Positions 1-12,190 of a stretch of 64,000 bases of DNA are shown here, piece by piece. Position 1 is the first letter of the stretch; each line of letters starts with the position of its first letter. The stretch lies in the NCBI RefSeq assembly GCF_036971445.1, contig NC_091470.1:232252001-232316000 (forward strand), given 5' to 3'. The notes under the pieces were generated by a model. The model did not search any database and was not told the DNA's origin. It saw only the letters and a program-made list of their open reading frames with translations. The DNA is from Narcine bancroftii. Taxonomy: Eukaryota. Made by a program: the position numbers and the translations under genes.

Positions 1-125
1 CTGAAATCACCACCCTTGAGATCTTATTTTTAATTTTCTTCCTAACTCCCTGTATTCTCTTTTTAAGACCTCATCCCTACTCTTCTCTATGTCATTAGTC
101 TCCACATGGACCACAATGTCTGTCT
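1..125 (-). mobile_element. CR1 LINE ORF1 esterase (SGNH-like) fragment, decayed
   Basis: Minus strand reads DIVVHVETNDIEKSRDEVLKREYRELGRKLK, resembling the VHxGTND motif of CR1 ORF1 esterase. Confidence 0.7.
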
Positions 126-142
126 GCTCCCCTTCCCCCACC

Positions 143-889
143 AGAGAGATTTGTTGTTCATTGGACACACAAAAGCTGATTCCCTCTGATCAGTCACTTC
201 AGTAACTTGCCAAAGAAATGTGCCCCATCAGGGTGTCCAAATGATAACCTCTTCTTCTACAGGTCACCACAGAGTTCCTTCCATTTCTCTTATTTCAGGT
301 GAAACACTCTAACCAGCCATTTCCTCTTGTATGGATGACAAGGGTTTTCAACAGGCTGAACTCAGAACTCATAACCTGTCTTCAAAATGGAGTTTCAGCA
401 AGCTGCCAACTTGCCATGACTTNNNNNNNNNNNNNNNNNNNNNNNNNNNNNNNNNNNNNNNNNNNNNNNNNNNNNNNNNNNNNNNNNNNNNNNNNNNNNN
501 NNNNNNNNNNNNNNNNNNNNNNNNNNNNNNNNNNNNNNNNNNNNNNNNNNNNNNNNNACCTTCTTAGAAAATTAAACTGTAACCAGACAGATTGCAGCAC
601 CAGACCCAAGCTTCTGAGTCCATTCATCTGTGGCTTTCAAAACAATAATCCATTACTCCACAGCATGTCCAATTAACACCTACTTGTGAAGTCTCTACAG
701 CCATTCTTCAAAAGTTTTGCAAAGGCACTTGGAGCCTGGACTGTCTGGCTTGAGCCAAACTCTGGCATTTTAAATGAGATCTGTTTTGTGAAGTGTTTGT
801 GTTTGTTTGTTGACATACACTACCCCCATGATCTACCTCCTTCAAAAACATATCTATATACAATATGAAATATGATATAATCCATCACA
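143..889 (-). mobile_element. Truncated LTR-like repeat related to the solo LTR at 32799-33770 (spans an N gap)
   Basis: Shares blocks agagagatttgttgttc, atgataacctc..caggtcaccacagagtt, tttaaatgagatctgttttg and aaaaacatat.tatata with the 32.8-33.8 kb element; ends in CA. Confidence 0.65.
423..557. other. Assembly gap (135 N)
   Basis: Run of n. Confidence 0.99.
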
Positions 890-990
890 TAGTAAATAAA
901 GAATGGCTGATTGAACCTCTTCTCTTTGAAAATGCTGGTCAATGCCAAGTGTAATTGGGTAATTGGTCTCAATGGAAATGAAAACCAGGA

Positions 991-1115
991 GTTCAAAGTT
1001 CAGGTTTATGGTCAGAGTAGATGCATGGCATCACATACAACCCTGAGATACTTGTTCCTGTGGGGCAGAAGGAATTTATACCTATAGCAAGTGCAAATTG
1101 TACTCAAGTAAAAGA
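991..1115 (-). mobile_element. Rex1/Babar-type LINE 3' end fragment
   Basis: Reverse complement of the ctcagggttgtatgtgatg..ctctgacaataaatctgaac tail seen at 22590-22650. Confidence 0.6.
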
Positions 1116-1132
1116 TAGTGTACTCTGAGTGA

Positions 1133-1423
1133 GCTGGCGTGCTTTGGTTCTCATGGCTACTTTCTCCGATGTATTGAAGTATATCATGTTACCCTACAAC
1201 ACGGAATGCCTCCATCCAGTTTCAATCTCACTGCCTGTTCCAGTGCTGCCTTAAACATTAAACATTAAAACATTACAGCACTGTACAAGCCCTTTGACTC
1301 TCCATGTTGTGCCGAACCATAAAAAAGTGCTAAACCCTCCCTACCCTATAACCCTCTACTTTATTTTCGTCCATGTGCCTATCTGATAGTCTTTAAAAGG
1401 CCCCTAATGTTTCAGCCTCTACC
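1133..1423 (-). repeat. Inverted local duplicate of 2808-3099 (CR1 3' end plus unique flank)
   Basis: Near-identical reverse complement, including non-repeat sequence beyond the CR1 tail. Confidence 0.9.
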
Positions 1424-1746
1424 TGAGTCATTTAACCCCATCATGCAATGTTGAAGTCTATCCCCGGATATGCGGGGATAGTCAATTGTAAATTGAAGTG
1501 CACTGGACACAAGAGGCACTTTGGTTTACAAGAGATCGAGTAAAAGCATTAAAACTATATAATTTTCATTTGAATCTCTGGATGTTAAACATATTCACAT
1601 ATCTTATTTACAGATCTGAATCAAATTACAAAGTAGGTTGCATTACATTATTGGAAAGATCATTATTCCTTTGACAAGTGGTCCAAACATCCAATTCTGT
1701 TTTGGGAACTGACAGATCTATATTGACATGATTTGTCATGTAGAAC

Positions 1747-2310
1747 NNNNNNNNNNNNNNNNNNNNNNNNNNNNNNNNNNNNNNNNNNNNNNNNNNNNNN
1801 NNNNNNNNNNNNNNNNNNNNNNNNNNNNNNNNNNNNNNNNNNNNNNNNNNNNNNNNNNNNNNNNNNNNNNNNNNNNNNNNNNNNNNNNNNNNNNNNNNNN
1901 NNNNNNNNNNNNNNNNNNNNNNNNNNNNNNNNNNNNNNNNNNNNNNNNNNNNNNNNNNNNNNNNNNNNNNNNNNNNNNNNNNNNNNNNNNNNNNNNNNNN
2001 NNNNNNNNNNNNNNNNNNNNNNNNNNNNNNNNNNNNNNNNNNNNNNNNNNNNNNNNNNNNNNNNNNNNNNNNNNNNNNNNNNNNNNNNNNNNNNNNNNNN
2101 NNNNNNNNNNNNNNNNNNNNNNNNNNNNNNNNNNNNNNNNNNNNNNNNNNNNNNNNNNNNNNNNNNNNNNNNNNNNNNNNNNNNNNNNNNNNNNNNNNNN
2201 NNNNNNNNNNNNNNNNNNNNNNNNNNNNNNNNNNNNNNNNNNNNNNNNNNNNNNNNNNNNNNNNNNNNNNNNNNNNNNNNNNNNNNNNNNNNNNNNNNNN
2301 NNNNNNNNNN
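1747..2310. other. Assembly gap (564 N)
   Basis: Run of n. Confidence 0.99.
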
Positions 2311-2397
2311 GTCACCAAGCAAAAAAGAGAAACATTTCAAATGATTGCATGTCACCAATGCAATCAAGCTACAACATCACATTCATTTACAATTCTT

Positions 2398-2980
2398 GTC
2401 TGAAGTCATATTGCAGCTTTATAAGTCTCTGGTGAGGCCACATATGGAATATTATGTCCAGTTCTGGTCGCCTCATTATATGAAGGATGCGGAGGCTATA
2501 GAAAAGGTGCAGAGGAAATTGACCAGGATGTTTCCTGGATTGAAGGGCATGTCTCATGAGGCAAGGTTGGCAAAGCTTGGGCTTTTCTCTTTGGAACGCA
2601 GAAGGATGAGAGGGGACTTGATTGAGGTCTACAAAATTTTGAGGGGTTTGGATAGGTTGAACAGCCAATACCTGATTCCTAGGGTGGGAATAACAACCAC
2701 TAGAGGACATGTGTATAAGATTAAGGGAGGGAAGTATAGGGGAGACGTCAGGGGTTTTTTTTTACACAGAGAGTTGTTGAGGCTTGGAATGCCTTGTCAA
2801 GAGTGGTGGTAGAGGCTGAAACATTAGGGGCCTTTTAAAGACTATCAGATAGGCACATGGACGAAAGGAAAGTAGAGGGTGACAGGGTAGGGAGGGTTTA
2901 GCACTTTTATATGGTTCGGCACAACATGGAGAGTCAAAGAGCTTGCACAGTGCTGTAATGTTTTAATGTTTAATGTTTAA
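2398..2980 (+). mobile_element. CR1 LINE, 5'-truncated (ORF2 C-terminus, 3'UTR, (taatgtt)n tail)
   Basis: LYKSLVRPHMEYYVQFWSP..ERRRMRGDLIEVYKI..TRGH in ORF 2345-2812; short tandem-repeat tail. Confidence 0.92.
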
Positions 2981-3640
2981 GGCAGCACTTGGAACAGGCA
3001 GTGAGATTGAAACTGGATGGAGGCATTCCGTGTTGTAGGGTAACATGATATACTTCAATAGATCAGAGAAAGTAGCCGTGAGAACCAAAGCACGCCAGCG
3101 AATGAAGGGTTTCATTCTCAATGGCTGCATCGCCATCAATTGGTGAGAGAAAGGCAGCGGATTCAGTGCAAAGATCTTCATTCTCTTCTCAAGAAGGATG
3201 TCTGGCTTACACCATTTTCAAAAATTGGATTCAATAGCACCATAGGAATTTAAATCAAATATAGTCTCTACCATACACAAGCACATTTATATTTATGGCA
3301 TGAGTGACACACCATGTTGCTGAGGTTGACCGCAGGAATGTTTCTCCATCTAGTTGTACTGGTGTAATCGGATGACAAGTAAACTTGAACTTGAACTTGA
3401 TGTCAGGCACACACCAAATGCAGAGCAGACAAAAATTAGAGTGGATGATGCGTGCACATTGCTGATTTCAAACCAGATCTCCGTTGTTCTCAGAACTCCT
3501 TCTTCCCTATGGGGCTTGCATTTCCATCAATCTTTTCCCCCTCCAGTTAGATAGACACGGCAGGGTTCTACTTTGTCCTCCAAGAAAGAACTAAGAATGC
3601 TGCAGGTATAATTCAGTCGACTTGAATGATAGGGCTACTG

Positions 3641-3886
3641 TAAATTTAAATTTAAAATTTAAATAAGTTTAAATTTAAATTTAGATATACAACACGGTAA
3701 CAGGCTATTTCCGCCCACGAGTCCATGATGTCTAATTGACCTACACTCCCAGGTGCGTTTCCAACGGTTAGAGGAAACTGGAACCCCTGGGGAAAACCCA
3801 CGCAGTTGGGGAGAATGTATAAACTCCTTACAGACAGCGCGGGATTCGAACTCCAGTCACGATCACTGGTGCTGCAATGGTGTAGC
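3641..3886 (-). mobile_element. tRNA-derived V-SINE (HE1-like)
   Basis: B-box gttcgaatccc, V-domain gagttt.tac.ttctcccc..gcgtgggtttt, CR1-like tail and (taaatt)n end on minus strand. Confidence 0.85.
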
Positions 3887-4117
3887 CGGTGAGGCTGGCA
3901 ACTGGATTTACTGATCCGACTATGTGTTACGTATGAGCCGCAAGGGACAGAACTTGTTGGAAAGTGAGCGATGGAGGATCAGTGGACCGAGCTGTACCTG
4001 CGGTCAGTGGTGCAGCTGGTAAGAAATCCCACTTGATGAGTCCTGATACCACTGAAATGCTGTAATGCTGCATCCAACTTCTCACGCCAGGTTACCTCGG
4101 TTATCTGCTCACATGAA

Positions 4118-4470
4118 GGCAGCATGATGTATTGAAGTATATCATGTTACCCTACAACATGGAATGCCTCCATCCAGTTTCAATCTCACTGCCTGTTCCA
4201 AGTGCTGCCTTAAACATTAAACATTAAAACATTACAGCACTGTACAAGCTTTTTAGCGCAATGCTTTTACAGCGCCAGCAATCGGGAGCGGGATTCAAAT
4301 CCTGCACTGTCGCTGAGGCACTTGTACATTCTCCTGTGTGGGTTTTCCCCGGGGGCTCCAGTCACCATTCAAAACATAATGGGGTGCAGGTTAATTGGGT
4401 ATAAATTTAGCTCGTGGGCCGAAATGATGGCCTGTTACTTTGCTGCATGTCTAAATAAAAATTTAAATTT
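4118..4470 (+). mobile_element. V-SINE interrupted in its head by a 124-bp local duplicate (4126-4249)
   Basis: ggcagcatg head, insert, then ttagcgcaatgc..gattcaaatcc..V-domain..gtctaaat tail. Confidence 0.8.
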
Positions 4471-5759
4471 GAAAGATATTGAGGTTCTCCTAGCTTTTCT
4501 CCTCCTCCTCTATTAGGTCCCCCCCCCCCCCACCACCAAATTTCATTCCTTCCTATATTGTGTTATCCTTCAAAGTCTCACAGGTCAGGCTGACATCCAG
4601 AACAATTGCACAGAAACTGCCTCATCCACCATCGATCCCCTTTAAGAGCTAAATTTAGCAATTGCTCATCATTCACAAAACTGGTGGCTCCTTGAACTGT
4701 CCAATGAGTGTTCAGTTAGCACTTCCTGGATGCTGAAATCAACTCGTGCAGAAGGTAGGATATCCCTGTGTCATTGGTGACTGGTCAAATAAGAGTCAAA
4801 TTGGAGTCCTTGGTCTTATTTTTGGAAGCTGCTCCAAAGTGACTTTAAGAGGAGGAAATTGTATTCCTTTTAACAAGTAAACCATCATTCATTTCCAGGT
4901 TTCTAGGAAATTCCAACAGCTGCAGTGCTGTCTGTAAAATGATGTAATCCTGTCAAGAAGTTTACTGAAGAGAGGAGTCTTGAGCAACACCAAGTTCAGG
5001 AAAAAACTTGGATACACTTGAAGTCAGCAAACAGGCAACCTTCTGTGTGTTGTGCAGCCAGTAAATGAAAAACATACACAAGAGTGCTATAATGCTCCAA
5101 ATCAGTGGGTGCTTTAGTAAATGGTACTCTTTTTTTTCTGTTCCAGGGTATTGGCAATGAAAAGTAACAGCGTTAGACTTCCTGCAATCAGTAGCTCTAC
5201 TTTTCCTTCAGAGTGCTTTACTTGGAGCTAATGTTGAAAAATACTGTCGCCCTGAGTGGCTCCACACTCCCACAACATTAGAGAGTTAGCATCAGATCAT
5301 TCTGGCATGTTAACAGGGAGTCTAAGTCTGGAAAAGCATCTCCCAGGAGCCAAGTACTTCTCAATGCTTCTACCAAAAAAGATTAGTATCAGTGACACTA
5401 GAATTTGATTATTTTAATGTAATTTACCATTCCCGCCCAAACTACTCTCCTCTGAATGAGGCAGAGGTGAAGATGGTTATTTTGCCTTAATGAATCAAAG
5501 GCTTGAAAACGCATTGTGTTTGGCAGATTGAGATTTTGTGCGTTAAATGAGTGAATTACAAGCATAATCGACAATGTAGGTAATTGAGATATTTAGGTTG
5601 AGAAACATTTTGGATGACCGGAGATGGTAACGTTTCATGTGATTATAATCTGCATTACCCTTGAAATAATCGCAAGTATTTGCAAAGATCTGTCAAACAC
5701 CGGGTTAATCTGCATAATCTCAGTGACATTGTGATTGGTTACTGCCTATCCTTCATTGC

Positions 5760-5840
5760 CACAGGAAGTATATCATGTTGTTAAGCACTTTGGAAGATCC
5801 TGAAAGGGATTGAAAGATACTACTTAAATATACATCTGTC
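5760..5840 (+). mobile_element. Deu-SINE (SacSINE/AmnSINE1-like) 3' relic
   Basis: aagtatatcatgttgttaagcactttggaagatcctga..tgaaagatactacttaaat resembles the Deu-SINE 3' end. Confidence 0.45.
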
Positions 5841-6057
5841 TCATATTTCCATATGTCTTTGTTTTGCTAAATGTGACTAATTAATCAGAGGTTGTAAAAT
5901 AGTAAAAATGGCTTGGCACCTTGGAACGAAGTGGTGTTAGGAGAACCACCCTCTTTATGAAGTGAGTGATGACATTTCAGATGGCCTCTTTAAACATAAA
6001 GCAGTTTGAGATGTTCTATAATGGGTCATGAAAGGCACACGGAAATTGGATTTGTAG

Positions 6058-6808
6058 TAAGTTTGACCCTGAACGTCAAAAAAACAAAAGAGATGGTTGT
6101 TGACTTCAGAAGGGCCCAGGGGGACCATGCTTCGCTGACCATTGATGGCTCGACTGTTGAGGTTGTCAAGAGTATCAAGTTCCTTGGAGTGCACTTGGCA
6201 GAGAACCTCCATTGGTCCCTTAACACCAGCTCCATAGCCAAAGAAGCCCAGCAGCGCCTCAACTTCCCGTGAAGGCCGAGGAAAGTTCATCTCCCACCCT
6301 CCATCCTCACTACATTCTACAGAGAATGTATCGAGAGCATCCTGTGCAACTGCATCACCACCTGGTTTGGAAGCTGTACCGCAAGACCCTGCAGAGGATA
6401 GTGAAGTCAGCGAAAAAGATAATTGCGGGCTGTCTTCCTACCATGGAGGATGACTACAACACTCAATGCAGGTGAAAGGCAATGAACATTGTGAAGGACT
6501 CCACACATCCCTCACGTAAACTGTTCTCCCTTCTTCCATCTAGTAGGAGGCACCGTCGCACTCGGGCCCTAATGTCCAGATTGGGCAACAACTTTTTTCC
6601 CCAAGCCATCAGGCTCCTGAATTCAAAGAATGTATGTGGATAGTGTACGTGGACTTTACTATGTACGTCTTAATATTTTAATGTGTTTAACTTCTAGTCT
6701 AACTTATATTTATATAAATATACTCCGTGGTCCTGGAGAAACACTAACTTGTTTTCACTGTGTGAGCATGGTGTGAGGGATAAATAAAGGTGACTTGACT
6801 TGACTTGA
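6058..6808 (+). mobile_element. Rex1/Babar LINE, 5'-truncated
   Basis: LNVKKTKEMVVDFRR..VKSIKFLGVHLAENLHWS..AQQRL; aataaa followed by (gactt)n tail. Confidence 0.85.
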
Positions 6809-6892
6809 TGTGTGGTGTCATCACTTAATGGAGGTGAAATCCAAGAAAGCACAGATTTATCAGTAGATTTACCGATAAGAAGTCTTCTTTCA

Positions 6893-7806
6893 CCCTGTTT
6901 GCTGCATTTGAAAGCATTATACCCTCAGTGCTGGTCAACAAGCTCCAAACCCTGGGCTTCTGCTCCCCCTCTGCATCTTGATCCTTGAATTTCTCATCAG
7001 AAGACCAAGGTCAGTATGAAGTGGAAACAACTTCTCCACTTCACTGATTATCAACACAGGGGGACCCCAAGGGTGTGTACTTAGCCCATTACTCTACTCA
7101 TTATACACCCATGAATGTGTGGCCAGGCACAATTCCAACGATATCTACAAATTTGCTGATGACCCCATGGTGGTCAGAAGAATTACAAACAATGATGAGG
7201 AAGTGTAAAGGAGGGAGATAGATCAGCTCGTTGACTGGTGTCACACCAATAACCTTACATCCAACATTAACAAAACTAAAGAGATGATTGTGGACTTCAG
7301 GAAAAACATGATCCAACCCTTACCAAGGGCTTGGTAGTAGAGAGGGTCAAGAACTTCAAATTCCTGGGTGTCAACATCGCTGAGGATCTGTCCTTAAGCC
7401 TCCACGTCAACGCGATTATGAAGAAGGCTCGCCAGTGGCTAGACTTTGCGCAGTGTTTGAGGAGATTCGTTATGTCACCGAAAACTCTCGAAAACTTCTA
7501 CAGGTGTACCATGGAGACCATTCTGGCTGTTTGCATCACTGATATGGAGGTGTCAATGCTCAGAACAAGAAAAAACTCCAGAGGGTTGTTAGCTCAGCTT
7601 GCGGCATCACGGCCACCAGTCTTCACTCCATCAAGGACATGTGTCTGAAGAAAGCAGACTCTATCCTCAAAGACCCCCACCACCCAGGCCATGCCCTCTT
7701 CACTCTGCTACCTTTGGGAAAAAGGTAAAGGAGCCTGAAGCACCCAGAAGCACAAGGACAGCTTCTTCCCCGCTGCCACCAAATTTCTGAATGATGCACA
7801 CAATTT
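6893..7806 (+). mobile_element. Rex1/Babar LINE RT fragment
   Basis: PQGCVLSPLLYSLYTH..KFADD motif near 7065-7165; VERVKNFKFLGVNI..LENFYRCTME in ORF 7331-7648. Confidence 0.85.
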
Positions 7807-8329
7807 CCATAGGAAGCTGCCACCAGGGACAACTTCTTTGTCATCGTTGCCACAGGGAAGCGTAGGAATGGTGTCGCGGTCGTAAATAAATCATGCCGTG
7901 ACAGTCACAATAGGGAAGTGAGGGAAATTGCAAGAGAAGGTTGACCCACAACTTATGGATGGAGCCCCCTGCTGTGAGTGGACCTCCTCTACTGCCAATC
8001 GCAAGATCGTTACTCAGGCAGAGATCCAATCTCACGGCGTGGGGTTTTCATACCTGCATGATTTTAGCACTGTGATGCCCAGAAATGATGGAAGGCCTTG
8101 ATGTCTCCACAGGAACCTGCAGCAGTCACATATTGATGTCCCAGTCAACTTGCTTCATGTTTGACTGGAAGTTGAGAGCAAAGGTTATTGGTGACACAGC
8201 ATTGGCCCGATATCTGCTGTCTTTGCCAATTATAGAACTGTGGCCACAAAAGGTCCAGAGAAATGTAAACCATGTCAAGGTGAATCGCTTTTTCCAGTTT
8301 CCTGTTGAAATGCAAGCAATGGGTCTCTA

Positions 8330-9602
8330 CCTGTGATTGGTGCTTTAATAGCAGGGGATGCAGACTCCAGTTTCCAGGGTTTTCTCTTGGACCTGTCTGC
8401 AACCTCGATGTCTGTGTCCAAGATGGTGGCACCTGTGCTTGGCAATGTACTACTACAAGGGGATACAGTCTGCATTGGAGCAGTGGATACAATAGACAAT
8501 AGACAATAGGAGCTGGAGTAGGCCCTTCGGCCTGTTGAGCCAGCACCGCCATTTTACAGATCATGGCTGATCACTACCATCAGTACCCCTTTCCAGCCTT
8601 ATCCCCATAACCCTTAACTCCTTTGCCCACTAGAGTCTTATCTAACTCTCTTTTGAACATAATTAGCGAATCTGCCTCTACCACCCTCTGTGGCAGAGCA
8701 TTCCACAGATTCACACTTCTCTGGGTAAAAAAATGTTTTCTCATCTCCGTCCTAAAGGGCCTACCCTGTATTCTTAAACTGTGCCCTCTAGTCCTCGTCT
8801 CCCCCATCATTGGGAACAAGTAATCCGACTTCACCCTGTCTATCCCCCTGATGATTTTGTATACCTCAATCATGTCCCCCCTCATCCTTCTAAACTCCAT
8901 CGGATACAAGTCCAGTTTTTCTAGCCTTTCAGCATATGTCAACCCCGCAATTGCTGGAACTAATCTTGTAAATCTGCGCTGCACACCCTCTATAGCTAGT
9001 ATGTCCTTCCTCAAAATTGGAGACCAGAATTGGACGCAATACTCCAGGTGGGGTCTCACCAGGGCCCTGTACAACTGCAGAAGGGCGTCTCTGTTCCTAT
9101 ACTCCAATCCCCAGAAACACCAAAAACAGGGAGAATACCCACCCTCTTTCTGCAACCCCCCCCCCTGAGTAGACAGGATGGGTGTCCATGGCAGAGGGTC
9201 ACTAACAGGCTCAGCAGCTGAGGGAGCCACACAAGGTGCCAGCTGATAGAGACAGGTTCATGAGAAACAGGTATTAGACCCAAGATTTAATAGGGTGCCG
9301 AAGGCAAGATGGGGTCCCGAAGGACCTTGGCTGATGATTGCTTCCTGATTGCATTGGAGGGTTGGATCTGGAGCTTGGGCTGCCAATGGTTTGAATGGTG
9401 CAGCTGCAGAGGCTGTGGGAGCTCAGGGGGAAAATTCACGGACACTCAGAGTCTCTGAGGGACTGTCTTTTGCTTCTCTTTTTCCTATTGTTAGGGACGC
9501 CGGGCAATGCTCATGACGTCTGTTTGTCTTGCGGCAGACAGACAAAAGTTGAGGTATATTACATTTTCAATGTATTATATGAAAACGAAAGGAAACTTTG
9601 AA
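8330..9602 (+). mobile_element. GC-rich LINE 3'UTR-like repeat (family shared with 15105-15856), interrupted by a CR1
   Basis: Shared blocks ccaagatggyrgcacc, cactcag..tctg..gggac, gggcaat..t.atg and tgac/gaaa-aataaa-type terminus. Confidence 0.5.
8488..9111 (-). mobile_element. Young CR1 LINE, 5'-truncated, uninterrupted ORF2 C-terminus
   Basis: ORF 8580-9230: [50 protein letters not shown]; (ctattgt)n tail. Confidence 0.93.
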
Positions 9603-9800
9603 GTATGAAAATGGAAATTGGCTGCTGACTTGGCTTCAACATTTTCAGGTCACTGTACAAAATGAACCGCAGTGTCCATAACTTCTTCCCACATTGTGCT
9701 GAAAAGGACATCTTGTGAAGTTCAGCAAAACAGTGAGCTCTCTAACCCAAAGCACTTGACTGCAAGAGTCCCTGTTCACTCAGGGGTGGGCATCTTCCAA

Positions 9801-9892
9801 TAGGGGTCACCAGAGAGCCACCAGGAATGGGAACATTTGGCTGGTATCTCACCATTCCTGGTGTCGGGTGTTCACCAGGAATGGGGACCCTA
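9801..9892. mobile_element. Possible tiny hAT (Blackjack-like) MITE relic
   Basis: Ends taggggtcacca / tggggacccta; internal 12-13-mer repeated three times; no TSD. Confidence 0.35.
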
Positions 9893-10159
9893 ACCCAGGC
9901 AGATGGAGCCATCTTTATCGTCATCCAGCAATGTGGAGTTATGGTCAGAGTTCGAACATTTCAGTTCTCTGGACTTCAATCCCACAATAGGCAGTGCAGA
10001 GATCAATTTAACATCAGATAAGTTTTGTGTTGTCAGTAGCAGGAAAGATTTCTCCATTAAATTGTTTGTGTCAGCATTTCAAAGTGTGCTTCTTGTCTCT
10101 TTCTTTGTTTGGCAGCTCAAAGAACGTCAACAAATCTATCAGAATCCATTAAAACTGCA

Positions 10160-10705
10160 AAATAAACTGCAGATGCCTAATATCATAAATGAAACTTTAA
10201 ATGCTGAAAGTACTCAGCAGACCTGGCAGCATTAATGAGGCCAATTCTGTGTCCCACTCCCATACTCACATGTCTGTCCATGGCCTTGTGCACTAGACCA
10301 CCTGTAAACTGGAGGAACAACACCGGATTTTCTATCTGGGCACTCTCCAGCCAGATGGCATTAACATCGACTTTGTCCGGTTTCTGCCAACCTTCTCTCC
10401 TTACCCCATCCCTTCTCTTTCCCCTGTCTTCTTACCCTCACCTCTCCAACCCTTCCCTCTCTCCTCACCCAGCCATCCCTCCTCCCCCTGCTTGCTGCTG
10501 TGCCTTCTCTCCATTCTCCACCTATTACCTCCTGCCTTTGGGGCTGTGCTCTACTCCCTACCCAACTCTTTCCCCCCATATTTTTGTTTGGACACCTGCC
10601 GACATTATTCCATACCTTGATGAAAGGCTCAAGCCCAGAACGTCTTTATCTTGGCTGTATAAAGTGCTTGGTGTGACCTGCTGAGTTTTTCCAGCATCGT
10701 GGTCT
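10160..10705 (+). mobile_element. Penelope-like element 3' part with inverted terminal segment
   Basis: GIY-YIG C-terminal KLEEQH..F.LGTLQPDGINID segment, pyrimidine-rich UTR, gacctgctgagttt.tccagca terminus and its inverse at about 10200-10230. Confidence 0.8.
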
Positions 10706-10889
10706 AACTTGACATCTATTAGGTCAATGACTTTTCATCAGAATGGGTTTTGTGAAAAGGCCATTGATTTTTGCATTATCACTATGTCTCTCTCTACAGC
10801 TACTGATGTATGACGTACTTCCAGCTCTTTCAGCTTTGTTAGTGCAACAGTTAGGGGAAAAAAATGACAACCAGCATAAAGGAAAGAAG

Positions 10890-11080
10890 TGCGTCTTTTC
10901 TGCTCTTGTCAAAATAAGTGCTCGGCCTTCAGTGAAGACATTCTGAGTGTGATATAGGAATCACTTTAGCCAATCTAAAGTGGCTAGCAAGCTCTCCCCA
11001 AACAAGAATGTGATGATGGCCAGTAAACCTCTTTTAATGAATTTAAGTGAAATATAAATATTGGGCAGAATGCTTACTTG
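10890..11080 (-). mobile_element. Deu-SINE relic
   Basis: agccaat..agcaagctc.cc..aaaca..aatgtgat.atg.ccag..ataaatattgg.cag matches the reverse complement of the Deu domain. Confidence 0.6.
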
Positions 11081-11197
11081 GTATGCTGATGCTTCTCTGA
11101 GATCATTCATACCTGTGATTCCATCAACAAGGGTTCCCAAAGGGCCTGGATGCTGAAGGCTCCTTTATCTTGTCGGAGGTTTGGGTCTAGGCTCGCT

Positions 11198-11438
11198 TTT
11201 TAAAAAATTTAGACATGCAGTGCGGTAACAGGCCATTTCGGCCCTGCCGCCCAATTACACCCAATGAACCTACAACCCACCTGGTACGTTTTGAATGGTG
11301 GGAGGAAACCTGAGGCCCCGGGCAAAACCCAGGCAGGCACAGGGAGAATGGACAATGTCCTTACAGACAGCATGGGTTTCAAACCCCGATCGCTGGCACT
11401 GTAACAGCGTGATGCTAACTGCTACGCCAACCATTGCC
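11198..11438 (-). mobile_element. V-SINE (HE1-like), nested in a GC-rich UTR-like repeat (11140-11680)
   Basis: Full tRNA head, V-domain and tail on minus strand. Confidence 0.88.
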
Positions 11439-12190
11439 AATGGTTGGAACTGAACTGGAGTCTTGTGTGGCTACAGAGGCTGGAGGTGAATCAGTGGGCA
11501 CTCAGTTACTCTGGAGGGGATTCTCTTTCATTTTTCTTTCTCTGTCTGTAAGGAGGGGTGGGCAATCTTAATGCTAATGGCAAATCTTTGTCCACCTTTT
11601 GGCAGACTAAAGGGTGTACAATACTGCATTTCTGTTTTATTACATGACAATAAATAGTATTTGATCGGATCCGATCTGACATCTTATGTTTCCATCAAAA
11701 CAAGGACTATTGTTAATTTATTTTAAGTCAACATTATTTTCAAGGTTCTGCTGGGATTACCATTAATAGATTGCTCTACGCAAGATGATAAAGCAATCGC
11801 TAAAATCTGGGGTGTCATGAATATTTCAAGTTACATTTTCTTTCATGTTAATGAATGTGCATATATTTATATAATCTTAACAGATTGCCATTGTTTTATG
11901 ATATATTAGCCTGCCAATTGAAATCTTACTTGTTCAATAGTGCAGTAATTTGAGTAATTTATCTCTTATTTAAAATGCAAGGAGTTATGGAGAACTTGTA
12001 CTGAATTCTGCAACATCCACTTAAAAATTAAAATAGACATCCAAATTACATATTGCATTCAAGATCAGAAGGAAGTCAAGTCGAGTTTATTTGTCGTTCA
12101 TACCATAACCATTGCAGTGTACAGTCAAAATGAGATAGGGTTTCTCCAGACCAGGGAGCTGGTTATTTACATGACAATATTGCATCCCGA

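Noticed and set aside
299-2435. Long ORFs containing X runs
   Set aside because: Artefacts of translating through N gaps.
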